64,000 bases of DNA from Amoeboaphelidium protococcarum X5 (Eukaryota > Fungi > Aphelidiomycota), in contig JALDTO010000247.1 of the NCBI GenBank assembly GCA_023515725.1, positions 203,863-267,862 of the forward strand. The letters are read 5' to 3'. Positions 42,706-57,759 of this stretch are shown here, piece after piece (position 1 is the first letter of the stretch; each line of letters begins with the position of its first letter). The translations under genes were made by a program, and so were the position numbers. A model generated the notes under the pieces. It saw only the letters and a list, made by a program, of their open reading frames with translations. It made no database searches and was not told the origin of the DNA.

Positions 42706-43092
42706 TGTTTCAATAATTTCATAGAGTACAAGATCACTGTTCAATCCATGGCTGGCCATTTCACCATTGTATACGTTCTAGGCTCTCGAGTGTGCCACAT
42801 TTCCCAGACTCTATGCTAAGCCACACATAGATTCTCACAGTCTAGTGTGATCATATTCTGATACAGCTCTTCAATTCATTTAAAGGTTGTAACTTTTCAA
42901 GAGGACGAGAGTGCTCAGCTCCATATAATGCATCTAGAACGGAGAATAATTGGTAACCGCATGAGTATGTACGCGAATACCATAAACAGTTTGATTGATT
43001 CAAATACTAATCCCATCTTTCCGGCTATCCCTGCCCGAACGTTGTAATTATATTATTTAATGGAGAGTGCATTCGATAGTCCAAGCCGTTTA
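42620..43092 (-). mobile_element. Degenerate Ty3/gypsy integrase fragment
   Basis: NGLDYRMHS..ITT...QPERWD(Q)YLNQ / YGIRVHTHAVTNYSPFQ / LYG resembles the integrase core end (NGxxER..WD.YL...R...H..T..SPF..YG), broken by frameshifts. Confidence 0.6.
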
Positions 43093-43263
43093 TCGATCAA
43101 GTGCTCATTCATTAAATGCTTCACTTCTCTTTTCTCTCTTTCGGCCGTGTTTGCACACTTTATTGCTTGAACGAAATTGAACTATTCACTCTGTGCATAA
43201 TTACATTTATATTTTCGAAAGTTCTTAAAAAGCTTTTTTTAATTAGTACTGCACTAAATAGTA

Positions 43264-45729
43264 ATGAAGCTTCCTATAGTTGTAATTGATAGAGTGATTC
43301 TACCTGGTGGCACTATTAGACTGTCGGTAAGCGATGACGTGTCAGCTATCGATGGTCTAGACAGTATAGTTATTGAGTTTCGCATGTCTGGTGAAGAGAT
43401 TAATCAAGTGGGAGTGTTGGCCAAGATTATAGGGACCGTGTCGTTGAATGAAAAGATGTTTATCATGGCTAGAGCTGCGCAGAGAGTCAGAATTTTGAAT
43501 ACTGACGGCGATTCCGTTGCCGAGGTTGAACTACTAAAAGTCGCTGAAGCAGAATCGGCTCAATTTGCTGACAGATTAAATTAGATCCGCAAGTCTATTT
43601 TGGACATTTTTCGTGGTACCAATTATTATGGTCTCTTAAAGTAGCTGCAGACGCTGGATATCTGTGATAAATTTGTAAACTTGTTGGGTGATGGTGTCGA
43701 TAACACAGTTCGGCTCTCAGTGCTGAATGCTTTAAAGATTGAGGATCGTCTTACACTTACTGAAAATATTATTGAATCTCATGGCTCAAAATTTCCCTTA
43801 AGAAATACTCATAATTAACGGGCTATTATTGATTCTAAACTTGCGTAATCTGGATAAAGATAAAATGGGAGGCGAAATTTTAGTAAAAGCGATAGTGGTG
43901 ACGATACTATGGATGATTAGGACGAATTACGTCAATTGATAAAGAGAATTTAGGATGCTTAATTACCTGAATCTATTCACTCTCAAGTTATGAAGGAGTT
44001 TAAGAGATTGAGTAAGATGCAGAATGTTCAGGCAGAGTTTTCAGTATTACGAACGTGGATTGAGACTGTTTTAGATCTGCCGTGGAATCAAGATAAGGAT
44101 GATCATTTGCAAGATATTGATATCGCTGCTGCATAATAAGTATTAGACCGCGACCATTATGGATTAGATTAGGTAAAGAGGCGTATTCTGGAGTATTTAG
44201 CTGTCCGAAAGTTGAACAAATCTGTGAAAGGTCCGATTATATGTCTTGTCGGATCACCCGGTGTAGGAAAAACTTCTCTCGGTAAAAGTATTGCTGCGGC
44301 TTTGAATCGCAAATTTCATCGAATATCGCTTGGTGGTGTTCGTGATGTGGCTGAAATTAAAGGACATAGACGAACATACGTCGGAGCTCTTCCTGGTCTC
44401 ATTATACAGGCATTGAAGTAGTGCAAGTCCAAAAATCCAGTTATTCTACTGGATGAAATAGAAAAGATGGGTCGAGATGCTTTCCGAGGTGATCCAGTCA
44501 GTGCCATGCTGGAGGTTTTGGATTACGAGCAGAATAATACGTTTACTGACTTGTATCTTGGACTTCCATTTGATTTGAGCCAGGTTATTTTTATCTGTAC
44601 GGCGAATACGTTAGACTCTGTCCCAGCACCATTGCTAGATCGTATGGAAGTTGTGCGGATAGCTGGATACTCTCTGGACGAAAAATTGCACATTGCTCAA
44701 CAGTACTTACTTCCAAAGTAATTGCTAGCTAATGGATTGTTAAAAGAAGATGTTGAAATGTCTTAATCTACATTGCAGGATTTGTGTGTAAATTACACTG
44801 CAGAAGCTGGTGTGAGAAACTTGGAGCGAAAGATTGCAGCTATTTGTCGTCATGTAGCAATGAAAAAGGCCGGCAGTGGTAGTAATATAGATTCCAAATT
44901 TGCTTCTATCAATATCACGCCGTAAATGCTGATTGATATTCTTGGTCCAGGTAGAGCTGAATAGGATATAAGTAGTCGATTGTAAGTGGCCGGTGTATCT
45001 GCTGGTCTTGCTTATACTTTGGATGGATCAGGTGCATTGTTATTTATTGAGTGCACTGCTTACCGGTCGAGTGGTCCGTCTGCGCAGCTCCTTCTTACCG
45101 GCAAACTTGGAGATGTGATGAAAGAATCTGCTCAAGCTGCATTATCCTGGGTGAGATCAAATATCGATTCCATTAAATTAAGCGAATAGTTTTCTTCAAT
45201 TGCTCACAGTCGCAGTTCCCTGTTGAACCTACCATAGCCGGATCATGTTGATATAGGTTCTATGCTTTAGGCGAACCCGCATGGAAGCAATAGTTCTGGA
45301 CAAATCAAATATCCCTTGGATGTACATATACATTTCCCTGCGGCCGCTGTCTCGAAAGATGGTCCTAGTGCAGGAGTCGCAATTGCGGTTGCTCTGGTTT
45401 CCCTCTTCTCTGGACGTGTATGTCGTCCTGACACGGCGATGACTGGAGAGATCACATTACATGGCCAAGTGCTACCCGTAGGTGGAATCAAGGAGAAGCT
45501 CATAGCCGCGCACCGCTGTGGAGTTAAAAGAGTTATCATTCCGGATTAGAATAGTCGTGATGTTGTACATGATGTTCCTGACCGTGTCAAAGCTGGACTG
45601 GATATTGTGTATGCAAAGTAAATCTTGGATGTAATCAAAGCTGCCTTCCCTGTATCAGATTCTCCTGTAATTATGAATGATACCTCTGATCAGTCATCAT
45701 AGACTTCCCTATAGCGTAGTAAATTGTGA
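43264..45729 (+). CDS. LONP2: Peroxisomal Lon protease
   Basis: [39 protein letters not shown]. Ends SKL-TGA (PTS1). Confidence 0.94.
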
Positions 45730-45934
45730 ATTACTGGAGTATATGGAATCCATTCAGTTCTTTAATACATTGATTGATTACCGTTAATTCTCATTTATGG
45801 TGGGTTGTATACCGACGTTGACCGTTTAAGGGGCTCCAAAAATGGAACACTTTGGTTCATTAAATATTCGTATTTTAAATCAATGCACTTTGAATTACTC
45901 GGCCTCTTATAGATATCAAATTTTATATTGAATA

Positions 45935-46735
45935 ATGTCGTTCATTTCACCACTAAGAGTATTTCTATTTGTAGGTACTGTTGGATCTGCTATCGGGGCA
46001 TTGCTGGGCCTGTTGGTGCTGTTGAACGATGAAGTGCGCGCCAAATTGATGGCGGACGATATGGTCAAACCGGTGCTGATGGGTGCATGGAGATAGCCAG
46101 GCACTTTTGAACCTCATTACACCGTATTTAATAGAATGCCATTACCTGTTGTAATATCCCACTTTATCGCTGCATTTGTGTGGATGATATGCGTCCCATT
46201 CTAGTTATATCCCAGGCTGCGCCACAACTATAAGCGTGTGCATCGCGCCATTGGATATTTGTTCATGACATCTGGAGCCGTGCTTGTGGTAAGCGGATAT
46301 GGCATGATCTTGTCCAAGATGTATACATCATCCTTCTAAGAGGCAGTTCTGAATTTGAGATCTGCATTTCTTCTTTTCGGGGTGGCTGTGTCATGCGCCC
46401 TTACCGCAGCATTATCAAATGCACGCGCGAAGGATTTTGATCAGCACAGAGCGTGGATTGTCCGCGCAATTTGTTTGGGTATGACCGGGTTCTATGCACG
46501 TATAATATCCGTTGGACCGCTGAATGCTCATGGCTACAAACTGCTGACTAGAACCAAAGTCTTGCCTGCTGTTGGTACTGATGAAGCGGCATTACTCGAA
46601 CGTCTCATGTTTGGTTACGCTGAATGGATTGCATTCGCGTTGATGGTGATTCTGGCTGAGATTTGGGTGATTCCCTAATTTAAAGATAAGAAGCCGCTAG
46701 AGAACATGTCTTAGCTGAATAACTCCAAGGCTTGA
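45935..46735 (+). CDS. DUF2306-type multi-pass membrane protein
   Basis: SH...PF(TAG=Q)L.P.LR...VHRAIGY and HRAWIVR His motifs. Confidence 0.75.
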
Positions 46736-46834
46736 ACTTTTGAACTATTGAGACAAGATTTTAAATTCAGAATAAAATGATAAGTCCAATTTATACGTCA
46801 ATTAACATCTTTTAAATAGGAAACACTTATTCGA

Positions 46835-48494
<1,660 letters not shown>

Positions 48495-49004
48495 AATGCC
48501 AGCGACCTATTAGAATGAGACTATAGCTCCGGGAGAGTGGACAAGAGTAAAAAGCACTGCGATCTTTAGAAAAGTGGCGCCTCTCGTGTTTCAAGAAAAT
48601 TTTCTCAATGGCCCACCGCCCAGGAGGCTCAAACCGTCTAAAAACAGAATCTCTCTGTCTGCAGAAGGAGTAACAGTAACAGAGACACTCGAAATGATAA
48701 TAATCAAACTATGAAAATAAAGATGAGTAATGCTGATGACATTACAGTGATGAATCAAGTTTATTGCCAATTATCCATGATGAAAGACAGACAATTTTCA
48801 ACCATGTTTCAACCTTGGCGCTATTTAAGGGGAATGAATGTTCATCGTTCTGCCCCGATCACTGCAGTCACTCAGTCTTTCAGTCGGTCACGGGTGATGA
48901 AGTAATCACCCATCATGTTTTATTCCTCTTTGTTCGGCGCGCTTGAACGGAACACACACACTCACCGTACGTCAAAATCGAGATCAACATACGTACATTT
49001 AATA

Positions 49005-51896
49005 ATGATTTCGCAATAGATTAGAGCGCTCTTGGTCAAGAACTGGATTCTATAGAGACGTAATATTTGGAGTACGTTGGTTTAGGCGCTTATTCCAGTG
49101 CTCATTGTCAGTTTGATAGGTGTTTTCTAGATCATCATCAATAATGAATTGGCGCGATTTAATGATTAGATGCAGGCTCAAGATTTTACACCTTACGATC
49201 TGGGCGATATTACTCCCAAGAATGGCTCTCTATCTGGCCTTCCCTATTTTTATTTTGTGGTTAAGAATAGTAAGCAGTCTAGCGATATCGGTCGCCGCAC
49301 TATTGATGGAAAGCTTGGTGGTCTGTTGGCTCAGACGCAGAATATATCCCTACCATTCTACAGATTTCCAATATTTAAGCGATTCTCCACGTTGACTGAT
49401 TTGAATTTTCGTCTTTTTGAACAACATAATTATTGGCGAGAGTTATTACAAGACAGAGATGGTATTTAGCCAAAGTTGTCTAAAGCTTAGCGGAAGATTG
49501 CCCTTGAAATTGCACAGAATGCTTTGCTTAGCCGCAACTTTACTTCTTTGATTCCACAAGGCGCGTTTGTGTTTAATGACTATCAGAAAAAGCCTGGTAC
49601 TGATAATTTCAAAGCTGATATAACTTTGATGCCCGCGGGGCGATATGGTGGATGGTTTCCTTCTATAGATCCCAAGAGTGGTCGGATGAGTATTTTTCAA
49701 TTGGCATATCCAGAGGCTGATCGCATTGGATCAGAGCTGAATCTGATCAATAATGCTTTGTTAAGGGATTTTGTGCGCGTTAATATCCAGAATTCATCTT
49801 CAAGTCCATCTATCAAAACTTACTACCAAGGAATGCCTGAGAAATCTGTCCCATCATTCGATCTTGGATCTGTCGCTGGTGCGTATCTACTATGCTTTGC
49901 TGTATCTTTTATGCTACCCGTTTTTGTGACCAATATCGTTGTGGACAAAGAGGATAAGATTTTGATGATGATGAGAATGTCTGGTCTCGATATAAAAGTG
50001 TATTGGCTGGTGTCATACGTTTACAATATGGTATCGTATCTATTGGTGTTTGGATTGACTTGGCTTACTGGTTTTCTCTTCAGTATGAAAGTATTCACTG
50101 AGACTAGCTAGGTCGTGATATTGGTGTCTTTTCTGTTGTGGGGAAATGTGCTGATTTCGCTATCATTCCTGCTGTCCACTGTGTTTAACTCTGCGCGCTC
50201 CTCCTCCATAGTGTCATATTTCCTAGTTATAGCCTCTGTTATTGTAAGTAATCTTCTCAATGCTACAGTTTTTATGAATTCAACGCCACCATTATGGTGG
50301 TTTATTCTGTGGCCTCCGTTTGCATTTTACCGTTTGATCTTTATCATATCTGATGCTTGTATTAATCTCCTTTGTTTAACATCCCGATCTCTAATTGATG
50401 GCACCGTAAATGGGGCTCGAACTGCCAATGGTGCAGAAGATAGTTTAACGTTGACCAGTGCTACGTAATTCAGTACCATTCTATTGATCATGCTGGTATA
50501 ATCTGTTGTAATGTTCGTGCTCAGTTGGTATATTTACGAGATTTTACCTAAAGAATATGGAGTTTAACGGCATTTGCTATTTCCATTCGAGGGAGTATTT
50601 GGATGGCGGAATGGAAGTAAGTTGTAATCCTAATAACAGTCACAGTCTTAACCAGGATCTGCATCTGTCTTGATTGAAGAATAGGGGGAAAGTGGTGAGA
50701 GTGATTTGTTATTGATGGATGAGGATGTGCGGCGCGAAAGAGATCATGTCTTGGACGATGGAGATAGTGTTGAATCTTCACTCATTATCAATGGATTGAC
50801 TAAACAATATGCCGGGTGTGAAGATGTGGCTTTGAAGCCATTCTATCTGCGTATGGCGAAAGGCGAAGTGTTTGGACTGTTGGGCGCCAATGGGGCTGCC
50901 AAGACTACATTGATATCTTGTCTCACTGGACTGTTACAGCCTTCTGGTGGAAATGCATTTTACGACAATATGTAGTTGAATATTGTCAATGATATGGTAC
51001 AGATTCAGAAATCTATTGGTGTGTGCATGTAGTTTGATGTATATTACTCTAAGCTGTCGTGTGAGGAGCATTTGATATTTTTTGCAGGCTTAAAAGGTGT
51101 AAAGCAAGCATAGTTAAAAGTTAAAGTCTCTCAAGTTCTTGATATCGTGGGCCTCCTGAGCGATAGACATAAGCTTGCGAAGGAACTCAGTGGTGGAATG
51201 CGGAGGCGTCTATCTCTGGCCATTGCTTTGATAGGCGATCCATAAGTTTTATTCTTGGATGAACCGTCCTCTGGATTAGATATTGTTACCAGAAGACACT
51301 TGTGGGAAGTCTTTAGTCTTGTTTATGAAGCCAGAAGGGCCAGCAGTGATCCTTTGACAGTAATTCTGACAACACACAACATTGATGAGGCTGACCGTCT
51401 GTGCAACCGAGTTGGAATCATGTCTCGTGGATAGCTGAATTGTATTGGCGCGCCTGATTATCTGAAATAGAAGTTTAGTGTTGGTCACACTTTAACATTA
51501 AATGTTGCTCGTCTTAGTTCTGATTAAAGCAGCAGTGGTCTCAGCGATTTTGAGTTGGCTGATTTTGTTGTGGAAGCTGTTGAAGGAGCAATCTGTCCAC
51601 ACTTGTCCGCTCATAGTAATGCTGCATTGTACTCTTTTACTTCACGGCGATTCCGCTATTAAATGCCGATTGTATCCAGCGGAAGTATTTTGAAAGTGTC
51701 CATCGTTCCAAAGACTGATATTGATGGTCCTCAATCTATATAATGGTCCTCCGCCATGAGTCTGATGGCCAAAGCCAAAGAAAGTCGCCTCGCACTCAAA
51801 GCTAGCCGCGAATTGTACTTTACCATACTGGATCACGAAGTCACCGAAACATCTCTACAGGACGTTTTTATTAAAGTCTTGAAGGACGTGGATTGA
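49005..51896 (+). CDS. ABCA-subfamily half transporter (TMD-NBD)
   Basis: QIRALLVKNW, DKEDKI..MM.MSGL, GANGAAKTT, LSGGMRRRLS, DEPSSGLD, TTHN, TSLQDVF. Confidence 0.9.
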
Positions 51897-52017
51897 ATTC
51901 AGAATAAACCTTAATTTTGTTATTTATTATTTTGTCTTTCTTGAGTCTAGACTTGACACTACAATCATCTCATGGAATCAACCTTAGAGTCGTCTCTGAC
52001 CAGTATTACGATGCATG

Positions 52018-52380
52018 AAATCGAGAATATGGCGCGCGATGTGATTCTCCAAATAGAGAATCAGTCTTCTATCCCAAGTTATAAGCTGTAGAATCACTTA
52101 AATCTGTTCAGCTTTTAGAGATTATTAGATAACGTCATATAGCAAGATTTCAAAGAGTCGCTGGTGTTTCTAATCTGTATGAGACTAGCTGTAATGGATT
52201 CTCCAAATCGAGAATATGGCGCGCGATGTGATTCTCCAAACAGAGAATCAATCTGTGAGATCAAGTCACAACGTGGAGAATCACTTAAATCTGTTTAGCT
52301 TTTAGATATTATCAGATAAAATCAAATCGCAAATTTTCAAAGAATCGCTGGTGTTTTTGAATGGTTATAGACTAGCCATT
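52018..52380. repeat. Imperfect tandem duplication, ~187-bp unit, with GATTCTC-N6-GAGAATC hairpin motifs
   Basis: AAATCGAGAATATGGCGCGCGATGTGATTCTCCAAA starts at 52018 and 52205; AGAATCACTTAAATCTGTT and TCGCTGGTGTTT blocks also recur. Confidence 0.85.
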
Positions 52381-52838
52381 ATGCAAGTCGGCCCAGTTTG
52401 GGCTCATACGATGCAAACGAGCTCCCAAACTGTGCTGTATGGATATCTTTATTTAAATTGCGAGGAATCACTTGCAACTTAACAGTATTATAGCATTAGG
52501 TGTATGCTACTATTTAGAAAAAAGTTAGCACAATTGCCTCATTTTGCAACGCGAAATAGATGCTTGATGTTTGCGGACTTCTCAAGCTTGTGCTCAAGCT
52601 TAACAATGAATCCCGTGGCATTTCCTAGCGTAAAAAGTTACACAATTGTTGATATTTGGAAAAATATTACTTGGTCTTTACTTCCACTTTATTGTCGTTC
52701 AATCTCTAAAGATTCTGCGAGACTCATTCCGTTTCAGCTGAATTTTCTTTTTCGAAACGCGCTTCCACCTCTCTCTCTCTCTCTCTGTTTTATACTGTAT
52801 TCAACAGACAACAACTTGTCTAGAGTTTAGTTTATCGC

Positions 52839-55811
52839 ATGTTGAGCTCTTTTTAGGCACCCAAATTTCTATAGAGACTTCTCGGGTCTAGTGAATACTT
52901 GAGTCGTAATAGGGAAGTTGCGAGTTCCAAGCCATTCCAAATTGAGATTGATCTGACGGGTGAAGATATTGATGCTGGTCGTCCATCTGCTGTTGAAATA
53001 CAAGCTGGTGCGCAGACTATTGAATTTTAGAGCACTTAAGAATTACCGCATTCTGATGATTAGTTACTTAGGCTGTTTCATACTCTATCGTGTCCCGTCT
53101 GTTTGCACCTCCTGGTGGAGGATATTAATCCGGTATTGTTGCAGTGTGGTCATTCTTTCTGCTCCTCATGTGTTTAAACGCTTCCAGTCTATTCTGAGAA
53201 TTTGGAGTCTTAGGGTGATGGTGAATTTATATGTTGTCCAGTGTGCAGAGTGAAAACTGAATTAGGCAATGGCGATAGCTTGTAACCTGCTGATAGTGTG
53301 ATTGCTTAATGTGAGAACATTCGAGAGTCTATTGTAATCTGTAATGAATGTGACGAGTCTAGTACAGAGTTCTTCTGTCCGCAGTGTGAAATGTATCTCT
53401 GTGTTTCTTGTACGCATCGTATACACTCTGGAAGGGGTACTAGTAGACACATACTGTAGCCATTTGAGTTGGACTGGCTGGATGGATAGCAGGAGAAGCT
53501 GTATTGTCGAGATCACGAGTAAAAGAAGGAACTCGTCAAGGGCACCACAATTTGCAGTGATTGCGATGGTGCTTTATGCTTTGAGTGCAGTATCAGCTCC
53601 CGTCACAAGGGTCATGACATCTAAATGATCGACCGTGTCACCAGCTAGGTGCAACAGAGATTGTAAAGTCTTCGCAAGTCTTTCAAGACGGAGTAGACTA
53701 AAATTGGCATTTCGAGGTCTCTGTTGAAGAAACACGTTAATTTATTGGAGCTCAATCATGTGGACGCTCGCCGCAATCTGAGATTAAGATTTGACAATCT
53801 GAGACAGTTGCTGCAGTAGACGGAACTAGCCATGTTGAGCGAGATTGATAATCAAGTCATTATGAAGAAGGATCAATTTGAGAAGTAGCTTAAATCCCTC
53901 CAGCTTGTCGATTGTGATCTGTCAATGTAATTCAAGGTTGCCGGGAATGTGGCAAAGAGTTAGAATCCTTCAATGATGCTCTCAATGGGAAAAGATGTAA
54001 TTAAAAGTTCTTAATCTATTTTGGATGAGATGCCAAGTCTTGTTGCTGGCGTCGATATTCAGACTGAGGTGCCTCTGGATAATCTTAAAATGGTCCTGCA
54101 GTCTATAAATCATGATTTGCCTCAGTACGAAAGGCCCTTTGTGTCAAGGACAAGACAGTTTAAATCAAATAACTAAAGTAAGAAGTCGTTTGGCGGTAAA
54201 AGAAGGCACGAAGATGGTAATAAGGGTGACGATGAAGTAATCATGCTCTCCCCTAAACGGTTGAAATAGTCTGAATATGTTCAGAATCAACGTCGGCCCT
54301 CTATGGCTGACCCTGAAGAGTGGAAGAGAAGAGTGCTAGCCAACTTTATTGACTCTTCTTATTTGACTTTGAAACCGAAAAATTGGGAACTGGTTTATGC
54401 TGGACACTAAAATGTTTTGGATCAGAGATATGATCGCAGGTTTATTACAGTTTCTAATGCCATGTCCACTGATACTCCTAATTCTGACGCCCAGAAAACG
54501 GACATTGTCTGGCGTAAAGGACAGTTGAATGGTCTGCCTATTTTGTGTGATTCCAATAGTCATACTCGTAAATTTCATTTTACCAAGGATCATTTGGTCG
54601 TACTCAATTCAACAAGAAGTGTGGCTGTAATAATTTAACGTGAGAATCCGTAGAACAAGTTTATGCAAAGATTGCTGACGCCCAGCGGATAAAGTAATAC
54701 TGACAACAACAAAGATGTATCTGAGGTTTCCTGTGCATCTTTTCTCATGTCCGCTGTAAATCCACTTGTGGTTAGTGGTAGTCCTACAATTGCTACTGGG
54801 CACTAGGATGGATCTCTTAGATTCTGGACTATGTAAAATACATCTGATAAGCCAAGCTTCGTTTGCATGGTCAGTGTATAGGCGCATAGCAAGTAAGTGG
54901 CATATATAAACGGATATGATTCTTGCTTTGCCTCGTGCACTGTGGATGGTGATATGGCGATTTGGAAGTTTCCAACCGGGCAGCGAGATCGTGCCGATTT
55001 GAAGACGCTATTACAGTCGACCGTCAGTCAATAGTTGGACAGGGTGTAGGTACAGTTTCTGGAGGCAAACTCTGCTGGATTTTTCGTGGGATTGAGTAAT
55101 GGCATCGTGGCTCTGGTCAGTGCCGAGGGAAAGCTGAAGCATGCGTTTGTTGAGCCTGAAATGTCGCCACTCAAGGCTCGTCGTGAACAGGTTGATCAAT
55201 CTGGCTCTTCAACCGGACATGGAAGTGGTGATAGTCACCGCGGTGAGAATGAAGATCTAAATGCCAGACCATTCAGTCCAAGGTCTCATATCGCCGTCTC
55301 TCGTCCAGTCTGTGCATTAACTAAACGTTACCTGTTTGTATCCAGTTATCAAGATCCTTATTCTATTTGTGTGTACGACATTGCGGCTGCATTAGACGCC
55401 GGAAAAGCTCCATACTCTGGAAAGTCTGTGGGATTCTTGTATCGTCTTGCTGCCCACGATATCGTTCCTCGTAATGCCTACCTTAAATCTATCTCAATCA
55501 CAATGTCTGGATTGAAATTACTTGCTTATTTCGCTATTGATTAGCCTTCATCCAGAACAGGTAATAGCAGTGAGAGTACTTTTCCAGACTTGCCATCAAC
55601 TTCGTAGTCTGAATTCTACGTTCTCTGGAATTTCGCTGCAGATGAAGACGCCGCTCTTGATTGTGAATACGTTAGACTGCAGAGCCTTGATAATACTGCA
55701 ACCTCTTGCTTTGGTTGGTACTTGAAGCAGGTGAAAGATGATATATAACAGCAACAATAGCCTGGAGAAGAATTCCGCGTCAAGAATGTCCTGTGTCGTA
55801 TTCTAAAGTGA
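52839..55811 (+). CDS. RING-B-box1-B-box2-coiled-coil (TRIM-like) protein with C-terminal WD40-like repeats
   Basis: RING CPVC..CGHSFCSSC..CPVC; B-box CNEC..CPQC..LCVSC...H..H; B-box CRDH..CSDC..LCFEC....HKGH; coiled coil; ATGHQDGSLRFW and ASCTVDGDMAIW WD40-like repeats. Confidence 0.82.
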
Positions 55812-55911
55812 TAATTGCAACAGTGAAAAAAGCAGCTCACTACTATAGTAATATGTAAATCATAGAAACGGAGTGGATAATTGTAAAATGACATCAATCT
55901 ATTAAAGTCTA

Positions 55912-56995
55912 TCATTGTTATAGAATACGTTACTACTTCTATTATTATTGCTGCACAAAATAACGTTTGCCCATCTCGTAAGTCACGATCATTATGGCAC
56001 ATGATGGAGCAACTTTCAAAACTCGTGGACCACTGCCAGTCATTAATCCACTCCACCCTTCAGTTCGATATATATCTCGCAATATGGGTATCATGCGCGA
56101 TCTTCCCTCTCCATTGTGCATCTACCGCCTCGTCTTTACCACATCAAACGGTGTTGTAATATAAGCCGCAACTGAGCCACTCGCAGCACCGGCGACAAAG
56201 TCTGCCATAACTTATTTGTATTCAGAGCCAGGCCCATCATGGTTTAACTAATACCGCTGCTTTAAATCTGATCTAATACTCTCATACCCATACCAATACA
56301 GTGCTGAAAACGGAACATCCCGCCATAATGTCGGTGACAGACCACGCCAGAGAGAAAGTCGTCCCTGCGAGCGGACCATTTATCTAATCTCATCAGTAAT
56401 CTCAGCTAATGACGACGTAGAGTGACCACTTTACTATATCCTCGTCCTAAACAATTCCAATGGAGATATACAAACCGCGGCGACACTGCGCGAAAATGAA
56501 CCGGCCATCAGAGGAGTATATTACTATAGAGACGCATCCAGGCGTGAATTCATCAAATCTCGACAATTCTCATAGCCAACCATATAGATTACAGTGGCAG
56601 GTATTCCCATTAAGAGCGTTGCACCAAGTCCACGCCATAATTTGATAACACCTTCATCTCGCGCAATTTTCGTCATTTGTTACACGGTGCTAATCTACTA
56701 TTACAACTGTTACTACTACTATAGCTGAGTGGACGGCTATTGTACTCCGGATTATATACTCTACTTTAGCGATGACTAGAGCCTAATTCTGACCACATCT
56801 AGCGGGTTAACTACACATCGTTATAATCAGGTAAAATTGAAAGATCTCTCTGCAAATATTGTGCAAATAATACCTACCTAACAAGGCAGTGAGACAAGAT
56901 CCTGCAAGAGCACTTAAAGCTCGCTGATAATTGGACACGCTATACTATTACTTATGTACATCAGTATGCTGCGAAATTACAACTTCTTCCTCCAT
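55912..56995 (-). CDS. Mitochondrial carrier, SLC25A39/40 (MTM1-like); intron 56811-56877
   Basis: PLDVVRIRL(TAG=Q), PATVIY..GYE, SPLELFRTR, LWRGLSPTLWRDVPFSALYW, PFDVVKTRR, KVAPSCAIMI. Confidence 0.88.
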
Positions 56996-57759
56996 AAGAT
57001 TAGACTTTAAGACGTCGATATTTTCAGACGGATTGTGAAAAGTCGGAGATGATGGTGAAGAAAAAAGCGTCCCTCATTTGAAATGAGAGATTTAAAATTT
57101 TGATGAAGATCTAATCTGAATCTACACTATAGAACTCAGATGGCTTTTAATCATTTTCATATATCTTTCTGCTGTATCACCTTCTTCAAGCTACAGCAAG
57201 TATCCCTATCACTCTGATGTGGAGAAGGATATTGTTAGGCAATTTATGTATGGCGAGCTGTTGGCGGTAGTCTCCATTAGTGCCATTGCCATTGGCGTTT
57301 ATATTTCTGGCATTAGAATTGTAATCCACTGTGGTCCTAGCTATACTTTTCTGAACTCCATACAAGACCCCGGACGCGATGGCCACGGAAAAAGGAACGC
57401 TACCTCCTAGTCAAATACGAGAAACTGCCGCGATGGTTCTTATACTGTCTGCTTGCTAGTTGATAATGGCTACACCAGCAGGATCCGGCCAAGTTCGCTA
57501 GTCTGGTGGATTACTGCGAGATTGCTACCTCTGCCGAATGTAGCTGATATGCAGGGAATGCGATGGTAAGATGGATGAAAGTGCTTGGAATGGGAAGTAG
57601 GACTATGTGATGTCTGTCTAGATTGTCCTACGTAGCCAATCGAGCGAAGAATTGGCGTTGTCCCTGTGATAGTAGAGTTGGATCAAGATGCTTACCTTGC
57701 TGGTGTGGAATCAAGGCAGCTAATAGGAAAGCTCTCTGGGAGCTGAAATACGACGGCTC

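Noticed and set aside
52018-52380. CRISPR-like array
   Set aside because: Only two long units, the inter-palindrome sequence is itself duplicated, the context is eukaryotic and there are no cas genes.
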